Shown: positions 8,590 to 16,633 of the stretch, in pieces
How positions within the stretch are numbered: the stretch's first letter is position 1
Layout: every line of letters starts with the position of its first letter
Assembly (NCBI RefSeq): GCF_001467895.1
Contig: NZ_LNYO01000024.1
Location: 242,519 to 274,518 of the forward strand
DNA from: Legionella nautarum
GTDB lineage: Bacteria; Pseudomonadota; Gammaproteobacteria; Legionellales; Legionellaceae
Reading direction: 5' to 3'
Length of the DNA: 32,000 nt
Notes under the pieces: generated by a model
Seen by the model: the letters and a program-made list of their open reading frames with translations, nothing else
Told to the model about the DNA's origin: nothing
Database searches by the model: none
Position numbers and translations under genes: made by a program

Positions 8590-9960
8590 TTATTTCTTCT
8601 CTTCGGGAATGTCGGTCATGTACTGGAATGCATGATGCTCGATTTCATCTTCTGCCAATTTTTTGGGTCCATAGGCGATTAGCTTAAGTAAATAATAGAG
8701 ATAAAATCCAAAAACAACGCCATAAGCAATAATAAGCAACGTGAAAGAAATCCCCACCTCTTCAAAGCCTATTGGTGATACTGCTTCTTTAGTCTTTAAA
8801 AGATAATAGACAACCCAAGGTTGTCGGCCAATTTCAGCAGTTAACCATCCTGAAATACTTGCAACGAATCCTAATGGAGCCATTGCAAGACACCAACGAT
8901 GAAACCAGTGATGTTTAAAAAGTGTGCCTTTCAAATATAACAACGTCCCTACGATAGCGGTAAACAGCATCAGAATTCCTATGCCAACCATAATACGAAA
9001 TGAAAAAAATACAGGAAGCATGCGTGGTTGCTCAACTGCCGGTACCGAACTTAAACCTACGAGTTCGCCATTCCACTGATGAGTATTAATGAGGCTTGCT
9101 AGTTTTGGCACTGCAATTTCATAAAAGTTTTTTTGCTTTTCTTGCGATGGAATGGCAAATAACACAAGGGGAGCGCCTTTTTGCGTGTGCCAAAGCCCTT
9201 CGATGGCTGCTGTTTTTAAAGGTTGGTAATGATGCACATTAATCCCTACTACATCCCCAACACCTATTTGCAAAGGAACTAAAATCAGCGCCGCCCATAC
9301 ACTGAACGATAAGGTCTTTTTGGCAATAACATAACACTTTTCTCTTAGTAAATAATATCCAGAAACTGCCATAATGACAAAACTGGTGGTCACATAAGAA
9401 GCTAATAGCATGTGAATAAAACGCGGAATGAAACTTGGATTAAACACTACGGCCCACCAGTTATCGACGATGTATTTGCCATCAATCAACTGATAACCAC
9501 TAGGAGTTTGCATCCACGAATTCGCTGCTATGATCCAAAATGCAGATACTGTCGTACCAAGGGCCACCAGAAGTGTAGCAATAAAATGGAGTTTTGGTGG
9601 AACTCTTTTCCAACCGAAGAGCATTACGCCTAAAAAACCAGCCTCAAGAAAAAAAGCAGTTAAAGTTTCGTAAGCAAATAAAGCGCCTAAGACATTTCCA
9701 AATTGAGTGATAAATGGTCCAAAATTAGTGCCGATTTGGTAAGCTAAAACGATTCCAGACACGACTCCCATTCCAAAAGTCAAAGCAAAAACTTTAGTCC
9801 AAAGCTTGCAGATTTGCAGATAAATTGGATTTTTTGTTTTCAACCAGGTTGCTTCCATAATGACAAGAAATACGGCAAGCCCTAAATTTAAAGTGGGAAA
9901 TAAAATATGAAAACCAATACTAAAACCAAATTGGATGCGAGACAGGATTTCTACTAGCAT
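8590..9960 (-). CDS. cydA: Cytochrome bd-type (CydA/CioA-like) quinol oxidase subunit I
   Basis: N-terminus has LSRIQFGFSIGFHILFPTLNLGLA. FIHMLLASY and GWLTAEIGRQPW motifs are present and the protein is polytopic. The ATG at 9960 (MLVEILSRIQF) is preferred over the TTG at 9984. Confidence 0.9.
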   Translation of the reverse strand: MLVEILSRIQFGFSIGFHILFPTLNLGLAVFLVIMEATWLKTKNPIYLQICKLWTKVFALTFGMGVVSGIVLAYQIGTNFGPFITQFGNVLGALFAYETLTAFFLEAGFLGVMLFGWKRVPPKLHFIATLLVALGTTVSAFWIIAANSWMQTPSGYQLIDGKYIVDNWWAVVFNPSFIPRFIHMLLASYVTTSFVIMAVSGYYLLREKCYVIAKKTLSFSVWAALILVPLQIGVGDVVGINVHHYQPLKTAAIEGLWHTQKGAPLVLFAIPSQEKQKNFYEIAVPKLASLINTHQWNGELVGLSSVPAVEQPRMLPVFFSFRIMVGIGILMLFTAIVGTLLYLKGTLFKHHWFHRWCLAMAPLGFVASISGWLTAEIGRQPWVVYYLLKTKEAVSPIGFEEVGISFTLLIIAYGVVFGFYLYYLLKLIAYGPKKLAEDEIEHHAFQYMTDIPEEKK

Positions 9961-10110
9961 AAAGGCCTCAAACACATCAACCAATCGATTAAGATTAGCA
10001 TATTTTATATCAATGTGCTCTTTAAAAACTCAATATTTAAGTCATTTTTATACAACTAAGGGTGGGTGAGTCTAGTTTTGTTCTATGTTAATTTCATTTC
10101 AGATTGCTTT

Positions 10111-11649
10111 TTACAGTTCTCCAGCATCTAATGCAGCGAGCACTTGAGTTGCCTTAACGAAAATTGCTTTTTTCTTTTCCTGATCCATTTTATCCCAATT
10201 CAAGTAAGCATAATGAAGACGCGGATTGTTTTTAAGCCTGTGCTGGTGTTGACCAATAAAATTCCAATACAGGGAATTAAAGGGACAGGCATTTTCACCT
10301 ATCAGATCACTTGGATTATAACGACATGACTTACAAAAATTGCTCATTTTTTGAATGTATTTTCCACTGGCAGTGTATGGCTTACTCGCCATCAACCCGC
10401 CATCGGCATACAGGGCCATCCCCAGTGTATTTGGCAACTCCACCCATTCGTAGGCATCAGCATACACAGCTAAATACCACTCACAAACTTCTTTGGGATC
10501 AAGGCCTGCCAAAAGCGCAAAATTCCCGGTAATCATTAAACGTTGAATATGATGAGAATAAGCTTCGGTTTGCGTCTGTTGCACTACTTCTTTCACACAA
10601 AACATCTGCGTATCTTTCCCCCAAAAGAGCGAGGGTAAAGGCTTAGATGCGTTAAAATAATTTCTGTTTCCATATTCAGGCATGAAAAGCCAGTAGATGC
10701 CACGTACATACTCACGCCATCCTAAAATTTGACGAATAAAGCCTTCGACAGCATTCAAGGGCGCTCGTTTTTGTTTAAAAGCCTCTTCTGCCATGCGGCA
10801 TAATTCCAAAGGCAGTAAAAGTCCTGCATTCAAGTAAAAAGATAATTTCGAATGATATAAATTGACTTCATTGGAGCGCATGGCGTCTTGGTAATCACCA
10901 AAATACACTAAACAATGCCCTATAAAGTAATTGGCTTCACAAAGAGCTTGATCACGAGTCACTGCAAAATTAAACGGCTGCAATTCGCCAAAGTGATTGG
11001 AAAACTCCTTTTCCACCAAGCTTAAAACCTCTGAGGTCACCTCATCTAGGGGATGTACTAAACGACTAGGAAAGGTTTCAATATGATTTGCATTTTTTCG
11101 ATTTTGCTTATCATAGTTCCAAGACCCTCCTACTGGCTTATTTTGGTTCTCCATGAGAATAGAATGCTTCTGACGCATCATTCGGTAAAAATACTCCATG
11201 CGCAATTGCTTTCTATCTTTTGCCCAATATTTAAACTCGTCAAGGGAGGATAAAAACCGAGTGTCTTCATGAATAAAAAGAGGTATCAATAGTTCTTGTT
11301 TTAATGTGACCATTTTTTGTAGAACACGCCACTCACCAGGGTAAGTGACATGTACCTCTGAAATTTTTTCTTCATGTATGGCCCGACAGAGTTCCTTCTC
11401 AAAGCAATGGGCGTTATCAACATCATTGTATTTTGTATAGCGTACTCGATAGCCAAGTCCTTTTAATCGTTTTGCAAAATGACGCATCGCAGAAAATAGA
11501 AAAGCAATTTTTTTAGGATGATGTGCAACATAGGTGGCTTCTTCCCTCACTTCGCAAAGAAAAACGACATCCTCGTGTTTATCGATTGCTTTCAGCGAGG
11601 AAAGTGACTCACTGAGTTGGTCGCCCAAAAGAAAACACAATTTCGTCAT
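10111..11649 (-). CDS. FeS-BCP family cryptochrome/photolyase (prokaryotic (6-4)-photolyase / CryB-PhrB type)
   Basis: The N-terminus LCFLLGDQL...YVAHHPKKIAFLFSAMRHF is typical of photolyase-related COG3046 proteins. The Cys pattern is C...CxxC-x12-C (MFCVKE ... FCKSCRYNPSDLIGENACPF). This matches the spacing of the 4Fe-4S ligands in this family. Confidence 0.85.
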   Translation of the reverse strand: MTKLCFLLGDQLSESLSSLKAIDKHEDVVFLCEVREEATYVAHHPKKIAFLFSAMRHFAKRLKGLGYRVRYTKYNDVDNAHCFEKELCRAIHEEKISEVHVTYPGEWRVLQKMVTLKQELLIPLFIHEDTRFLSSLDEFKYWAKDRKQLRMEYFYRMMRQKHSILMENQNKPVGGSWNYDKQNRKNANHIETFPSRLVHPLDEVTSEVLSLVEKEFSNHFGELQPFNFAVTRDQALCEANYFIGHCLVYFGDYQDAMRSNEVNLYHSKLSFYLNAGLLLPLELCRMAEEAFKQKRAPLNAVEGFIRQILGWREYVRGIYWLFMPEYGNRNYFNASKPLPSLFWGKDTQMFCVKEVVQQTQTEAYSHHIQRLMITGNFALLAGLDPKEVCEWYLAVYADAYEWVELPNTLGMALYADGGLMASKPYTASGKYIQKMSNFCKSCRYNPSDLIGENACPFNSLYWNFIGQHQHRLKNNPRLHYAYLNWDKMDQEKKKAIFVKATQVLAALDAGEL

Positions 11650-11672
11650 GGCACGTCCAAAAAGAAAATAAA

Positions 11673-12371
11673 TTATACTTTAAGCTTAGGGCGAACAGAG
11701 CTTAAGCCACCATCCACTGAAAGCACTTGTCCTGTTATCCAATTGTTCTCAGGATTAAGAAAAAATAAGATAGCCCGTGCTATATCCGATGGCTCACCAA
11801 TTCGCCCCAAAGCATGGAGAGCAGTAGATGCTTTAGCAACCAATTGATTTTTAAGTAAGGAATCAGTCAAAGGCGTTTTAACCATTCCCGGTGCTACTAC
11901 GTTGATACGTAAATTAGAAGAGGCATAAGTCGCCGCTGCCGCTTGTGCTAAACCAATAACCCCTGCTTTAGCAGCAGCAATCGCCTCGTGATTAGCCAAT
12001 CCTGTTAAGGCTGCTGCGGAGGCAATAAGAACCACGGAACCTCCATGACTCATTCTCTTTCCTGCAGCACGAACAATCGCAAACGACGTGGTCAAAGAAG
12101 CATTGATCGTCTTTTGAAATTCTTCAAAACTTGTCATATGGGCACTTTTAAGAAATAGAGAACCTGCGCAATTAACGACTCCGTCAAGGGAGCCGGCCTG
12201 CTCAAAAACCTTATCGACAGCGCTAAAATCAGCTGCATCTAGGATATAATCCGGGGTTATTTTGTCTTTGCTTTGCGCTGTAGTCAGAACTTCATTTCCT
12301 TGGGCTTTTAGAAGTTCAACCACTGACTGACCAATTGCACTACTTGCCGCAATAATTAAATACCGAGCCAT
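11673..12371 (-). CDS. Short-chain dehydrogenase/reductase fold protein, atypical (catalytic Tyr position is not Tyr)
   Basis: AASSAIG stands where the TGxxxGIG motif would be, followed by NCAG and INVVAPG. Where S-x12-Y-x3-K is expected the sequence reads S-AAALTGLANHEA-I-AAA-K. Confidence 0.85.
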   Translation of the reverse strand: MARYLIIAASSAIGQSVVELLKAQGNEVLTTAQSKDKITPDYILDAADFSAVDKVFEQAGSLDGVVNCAGSLFLKSAHMTSFEEFQKTINASLTTSFAIVRAAGKRMSHGGSVVLIASAAALTGLANHEAIAAAKAGVIGLAQAAAATYASSNLRINVVAPGMVKTPLTDSLLKNQLVAKASTALHALGRIGEPSDIARAILFFLNPENNWITGQVLSVDGGLSSVRPKLKV

Positions 12372-12560
12372 ATTTGTGCACCTTAATAGAGTGAAAGTCT
12401 AATATGAATGAGAGTGTTCTTGACTTCAAGTGTTAATAAGCAAATAAGTAGTCTATGGTCTCAAATGAATGGTCAAATGATGGCTAATGATCTGTTATGA
12501 ATTTATTGCAAAATTGCAACTATAATTATACCAATGTAGTTTCATAAGGATTAGAAAATC

Positions 12561-12890
12561 ATGACAAACCCAAATCGAGAAAATTTAATCAATAAAGTTA
12601 AGAGTAGTTCTAAATCAATCGCTTTAATTTACTCGCGAATTGAACTTTATGAATACATAGTTGAAATCATAGCCAAAGACTCCGATGAATTTATTCATAA
12701 AGGAAAAGAACTATGTCATTTCCATACCGTTGACGAAGCTATTTCTAGAGCAGCTGAATACGGGGCAAATGAATTTTATCTCTGTGTTGATAATACCTAC
12801 GATGAATGTGGTTCCTCGAGCTGGCCCCAACCTTTTGATTATATCCCTCTTTATTCAAAGGCTAAACAAACTAAAGATAGTAGTCATTAG
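12561..12890 (+). CDS. Small hypothetical protein (109 aa)
   Basis: ATG start with AAGGA 10 nt upstream. No recognisable motif that I can name with confidence. Confidence 0.55.
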   Translation: MTNPNRENLINKVKSSSKSIALIYSRIELYEYIVEIIAKDSDEFIHKGKELCHFHTVDEAISRAAEYGANEFYLCVDNTYDECGSSSWPQPFDYIPLYSKAKQTKDSSH

Positions 12891-12967
12891 TCGAATTCTT
12901 TTTTTTCAGCCTTTATTAGGGTAGGCCTTAACCGAAAATTAGTTGTTGATATTTATGGAGAACTATC

Positions 12968-13378
12968 ATGAAACTTGCGGGCCTTTTTTTCTTAACGATA
13001 ATTTTTGTCTTTGTATTGGATATGATTTGGTTAGGTCTTATTGCCAAAAATATTTATGCACATAACATTGGTACGTTGCTACGGAAATCAGGGGAGGGCA
13101 TGGCTCCTATTTGGTGGGCTGCAGCAGTAGTTTATGTATGTATCACATTAGGTATTCTTTATTTTGTCCTTCCCAATGCAAATGGCAATTACATGCTGGC
13201 TTTAGGCGGAGGGGTAGTGCTCGGTCTTGTGACTTATGGGATTTATGATTTTACTAATTATTCACTTTTTGCAAGCTGGCCTTTGAGGATAACCCTAATT
13301 GATTTTATTTGGGGGATGGTCTTATGTGGACTGAGTAGTTTATTTGCAGTTTTTATTCAGAATCGATTTTTTTCTTAG
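12968..13378 (+). CDS. Small polytopic membrane protein (DUF2177-like)
   Basis: Four hydrophobic segments. The LDMIWLG...YDFTNY...W pattern recalls the DUF2177 family that often neighbours these lipid operons (from memory). GGAG lies 8 nt upstream of the ATG. Confidence 0.65.
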   Translation: MKLAGLFFLTIIFVFVLDMIWLGLIAKNIYAHNIGTLLRKSGEGMAPIWWAAAVVYVCITLGILYFVLPNANGNYMLALGGGVVLGLVTYGIYDFTNYSLFASWPLRITLIDFIWGMVLCGLSSLFAVFIQNRFFS

Positions 13379-14126
13379 GCAAGGGGAAAAACATCGAAGT
13401 TTCCTTTTGATATTGGATGTATTTTTTTCCTCTTGATTGCACTGATCCTTTCTCTGTCAGTGGGCCTGTCATGTGGTTAAAAATAATATAAAGCATCAAC
13501 GGTGAAAGGAAACCTAAGCCCCCCATTTTGGATTGCACCGCCAATAATGCGAATCCCATCCAACATAGCCAATCAAAAAAATAATTCGGATGGCGTGAAT
13601 AGCGCCATAAGCCTACGTTACATACCTCTTTTCGGTGTTGCTTCTTAAAGCGTTGTAGCTGCAAATCAGCCAATGTCTCTCCGGTGATTGCAGCTACAAT
13701 AATGCAAAATGCTAGGCAATCTAGCAAGCTAATATGAGTTCTTCCTGATTTGCCAATCAGAAAAAATACACTTGAAATAATTAGGATTAAAAGTCCTTGA
13801 AGTTGAAAGTTAATAAAAAAACCAAGGGAGGGATTTATTTTCCAATTGGTACTGAGTTCGACATAACGCTTGTCAACATGTCCTTTTCTGATTCGTGTGT
13901 AACCGAGATAGAATGCAAGGCGTAAAGCCCACAGAATGAGAAGAAAACTAATAATCAGAGTACGAAAATTAAAGGGGGCTAAACTTAAATAAATCAAGCC
14001 TGAAACCATTAAGCCCAAGGACCAGGAAACATCAACAACGGAAGGGTTTTTTAGAATACGATATAATCCCCACATAATACTCATTTGTAAACAAAGATAA
14101 ATTACTACTACGCTGATGGAGTACAT
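13353..14126 (-). CDS. DUF1295 / steroid-5-alpha-reductase-like membrane protein
   Basis: GLWRYSRHPNYFFDWLCWMGFAL motif, polytopic. Its start overlaps the upstream stop (TAATG at 14124-14128). Confidence 0.8.
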   Translation of the reverse strand: MYSISVVVIYLCLQMSIMWGLYRILKNPSVVDVSWSLGLMVSGLIYLSLAPFNFRTLIISFLLILWALRLAFYLGYTRIRKGHVDKRYVELSTNWKINPSLGFFINFQLQGLLILIISSVFFLIGKSGRTHISLLDCLAFCIIVAAITGETLADLQLQRFKKQHRKEVCNVGLWRYSRHPNYFFDWLCWMGFALLAVQSKMGGLGFLSPLMLYIIFNHMTGPLTEKGSVQSRGKKYIQYQKETSMFFPLPKKKIDSE

Positions 14127-14662
14127 TAGTTATTATCCTTTATCTTTTGATAACAATACACACAAAATGGCAATGTGATAGACCAAATTATCCCGATAAA
14201 AAGGGAGGTGATATTGCTGCCATGAGGAAAAAAAGCAGCACCCAGGCTTCCTCCAATGCGAAATGCAACGGCAAAGCCCGCACAGGACAAAAATCCAAGC
14301 AAAAGCAGGCGATCAAATAGGCTATTTAATGTCGCATATAAAACAACCGTAAAACTGACCCATATTGTTATCATCCAAGGAGAAGTAAAATAGGGTGAAA
14401 AAGGGTTTGCTGAATAAATAACGATTCCCTTATAAACAAGGGCACTATCGATTAGAGTACTGATAGAGACGATAATCGCTAATAAAAGCCCCAGCCCTCG
14501 TAGGGTTCTTCCTGTATGATATTGCCAGTATAATTGCAACAGAACACAGGCTATGACGATAAGAGAGCTTATCCATGCATGGCCGCGGGCAGCTAGTGTG
14601 ATGCATGCAAACCAGGCTACATAGTAAGCAATCGCATGAGTTATATAATGTAAGGTATTCAT
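14126..14662 (-). CDS. Polytopic membrane protein (DUF2878-like)
   Basis: Hydrophobic ORF. The ATG at 14662 forms an ATGA overlap with the stop of the CFA-synthase-like gene (14659-14662). The family name is from memory of conserved neighbourhoods. Confidence 0.55.
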   Translation of the reverse strand: MNTLHYITHAIAYYVAWFACITLAARGHAWISSLIVIACVLLQLYWQYHTGRTLRGLGLLLAIIVSISTLIDSALVYKGIVIYSANPFSPYFTSPWMITIWVSFTVVLYATLNSLFDRLLLLGFLSCAGFAVAFRIGGSLGAAFFPHGSNITSLFIGIIWSITLPFCVYCYQKIKDNN

Positions 14663-15876
14663 CGTCTCTTTTGCCATAAGGCATGGATATTGCTGATATA
14701 ATAGGTCTGAAAACCTGCAGCACAATAACAAAAATAGAATTCCCAGGTTCGGATAAAAGACTCAGTAAATCCTAGTGCAAGAACTTCCTGTTTGTTTACT
14801 ATTAATTTTTTGTGCCAATCATTCAAAGTAAAAACATAATGTTGGCCTATGTCTTCAAATGACAACAATTTCAGTGTTGTTTGTTTCGCAATGGATTTAT
14901 TTATGGAAAGCACAGAGGGCAAGCAGCCACCAGGGAAAATATATTTCTTGATAAAATCGACCTCATCTTTTGCCGCTTCATAGGCTTGATCATTAATTAC
15001 AATCGCCTGTAAGAAAAATAAACCTTCAGGTTTAAGTAGTTGATGGCATTGGCGGAAAAAAGTATCCAAATACCTGTGTCCAACAGCCTCAATCATCTCG
15101 ATAGAAACTACTTTGTCATATTGTCCGGAAAGCTTTCTGTAATCATCTTTTAATAAGTTAATCTGATGGTTTAAGCCTAATTGATTGATTTTTTCTTGAA
15201 CATAGAGGTATTGTTTTTCTGAAATGGTCGTGGTGGTGACCCTACACCCATATTCTTGCGCTGCATAACATGCTAATGCACCCCAACCTGCGCCTATTTC
15301 CAAGAGATGATCACTGGATTTTAGTTGCAAGGCGCTACAAATAGCATGTAATTTTTTTTTTGAAGCCTCCTCTAAACTGATGTCCGAGGGCTTATAAAGA
15401 GCACATGAATACATCATTAAAGGGTCAAGGATTAATTTAAAGAAATCATTTCCTAAATCGTAATGGGCTAAAATATTTTTTTTAGCGCGACGAATCGAGT
15501 TAATTTTTAATTTATAACTTATTGTTCTTATTAAACTAAAAAAGCGAGCTATGGGACTTTCAATATTCTCGAAGATTGAGTCATTTTTAATAAAAATCGT
15601 GATTAAATTTTGGAGATTGTCAGTATCCCAATCTCCATCAATGTAGCTTTTTCCAGCACCAACTGAGCCTCCTAGCACGATTGCTCTATAAGTGCCGGGA
15701 TTGTTTATAGTGATGGTAACTATTAAATCATTTTTTTCTTGTTCATGACCAAATACATAGCTGCTCCCATGATCATAAACTTTGATAGTTCCATGAGAAA
15801 TGCTATTTAATAAATTGAAAAAAATTTTTTTGTAGAACTTTACACCCAGACTGGATAAATAATTATTTTGATCCAT
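14659..15876 (-). CDS. Cyclopropane-fatty-acyl-phospholipid synthase family SAM-dependent methyltransferase (UfaM/CFA-like)
   Basis: LLEIGAGWGALACYAAQEYGCRVTTTTISEKQ is a SAM-binding motif typical of CFA synthases. The ATG at 15876 has AAGGGA 6 nt upstream. The alternative ATG at 15909 overlaps the upstream gene by 17 nt. Confidence 0.88.
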   Translation of the reverse strand: MDQNNYLSSLGVKFYKKIFFNLLNSISHGTIKVYDHGSSYVFGHEQEKNDLIVTITINNPGTYRAIVLGGSVGAGKSYIDGDWDTDNLQNLITIFIKNDSIFENIESPIARFFSLIRTISYKLKINSIRRAKKNILAHYDLGNDFFKLILDPLMMYSCALYKPSDISLEEASKKKLHAICSALQLKSSDHLLEIGAGWGALACYAAQEYGCRVTTTTISEKQYLYVQEKINQLGLNHQINLLKDDYRKLSGQYDKVVSIEMIEAVGHRYLDTFFRQCHQLLKPEGLFFLQAIVINDQAYEAAKDEVDFIKKYIFPGGCLPSVLSINKSIAKQTTLKLLSFEDIGQHYVFTLNDWHKKLIVNKQEVLALGFTESFIRTWEFYFCYCAAGFQTYYISNIHALWQKRR

Positions 15877-15892
15877 TCTATATCCCTTTGTT

Positions 15893-16633
15893 TTAGTTTG
15901 GATGAGCATGAAATGGAATCCCTTTAATCCATAATTTTAATGCTTGCCAATAAATCGCCGTTGCCATTTTATAAGTTATCAGAGGGTAGTGTCGGAAGAT
16001 TGATTTCATTGATGACTGTTCTTGAGCTCTTAAAGTTAATGTTGCATCAAAATCTTTTTTTCCCTCACAATAATTTTCCATATGAACCAATATTTTTTGT
16101 GAATTTACTTTTAAATTCAGTTGATAAGTATAATTCATGGACATGAAGGGGGATACATGCAGTTCTTTTTGAAACTGATAAGTATAGATTTCATTTTTAT
16201 GTTTAGCCGAATGCTTAAGAACATAATTATGCCGTTCCCCCCAGGGGGTATTGGTGACTTCCAAAATTAAATACTCTAAAGTTTGATTCGCTTCATCGAA
16301 GATAAAATAAAGACTGATCGGGTTAAAGCAATACCCTAGACAACTAAGTTGGGTTAATAAATAGATTTTGCCCTTTGGGTAAGTACTGTACCGATTCATA
16401 ACCAATTGGCGGGCATATTCATCAAGAGGAACAGAGGACTCACAAAGATAATTTTTTTGTCTAAATGAAAACCAATTAAACTTCTCTAGGGAAACGTGCT
16501 TTATGTCTCTAAAAGTGGTATTTATGGCGGCCAGATCAAAGCAAAACATAAATAATCCATATGAAAACTGATGCCGTTTTGGAAAAAAGCGGCGGTGTCG
16601 TACATGACCGGTAAAAATGAGATGGTTCATCAT
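15893..16633 (-). CDS. DUF1365 protein (UfaO-like)
   Basis: The N-terminus FTGHVRHRRFFPKRHQFSYGLFMFCFDL is the characteristic DUF1365 signature. Its ATG directly abuts the upstream TAG (16633/16634). Confidence 0.8.
   Translation of the reverse strand: MMNHLIFTGHVRHRRFFPKRHQFSYGLFMFCFDLAAINTTFRDIKHVSLEKFNWFSFRQKNYLCESSVPLDEYARQLVMNRYSTYPKGKIYLLTQLSCLGYCFNPISLYFIFDEANQTLEYLILEVTNTPWGERHNYVLKHSAKHKNEIYTYQFQKELHVSPFMSMNYTYQLNLKVNSQKILVHMENYCEGKKDFDATLTLRAQEQSSMKSIFRHYPLITYKMATAIYWQALKLWIKGIPFHAHPN

Noticed and set aside
10144-11847. Plus-strand ORFs at 10144-10329, 10311-10532 and 11617-11847
   Set aside because: They are antisense to the strongly supported FeS-BCP photolyase and SDR genes. 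They are short and lack start signals.
12685-12924. 79-aa plus-strand ORF overlapping the 109-aa ORF
   Set aside because: It is in an alternative frame of the same region and has no RBS. The 109-aa ORF has the good SD and ATG.
14445-14723. 92-aa ORF in an alternative frame over the DUF2878-like gene
   Set aside because: It overlaps a hydrophobic, translationally coupled gene on the same strand. It is Cys/Arg-rich off-frame noise.
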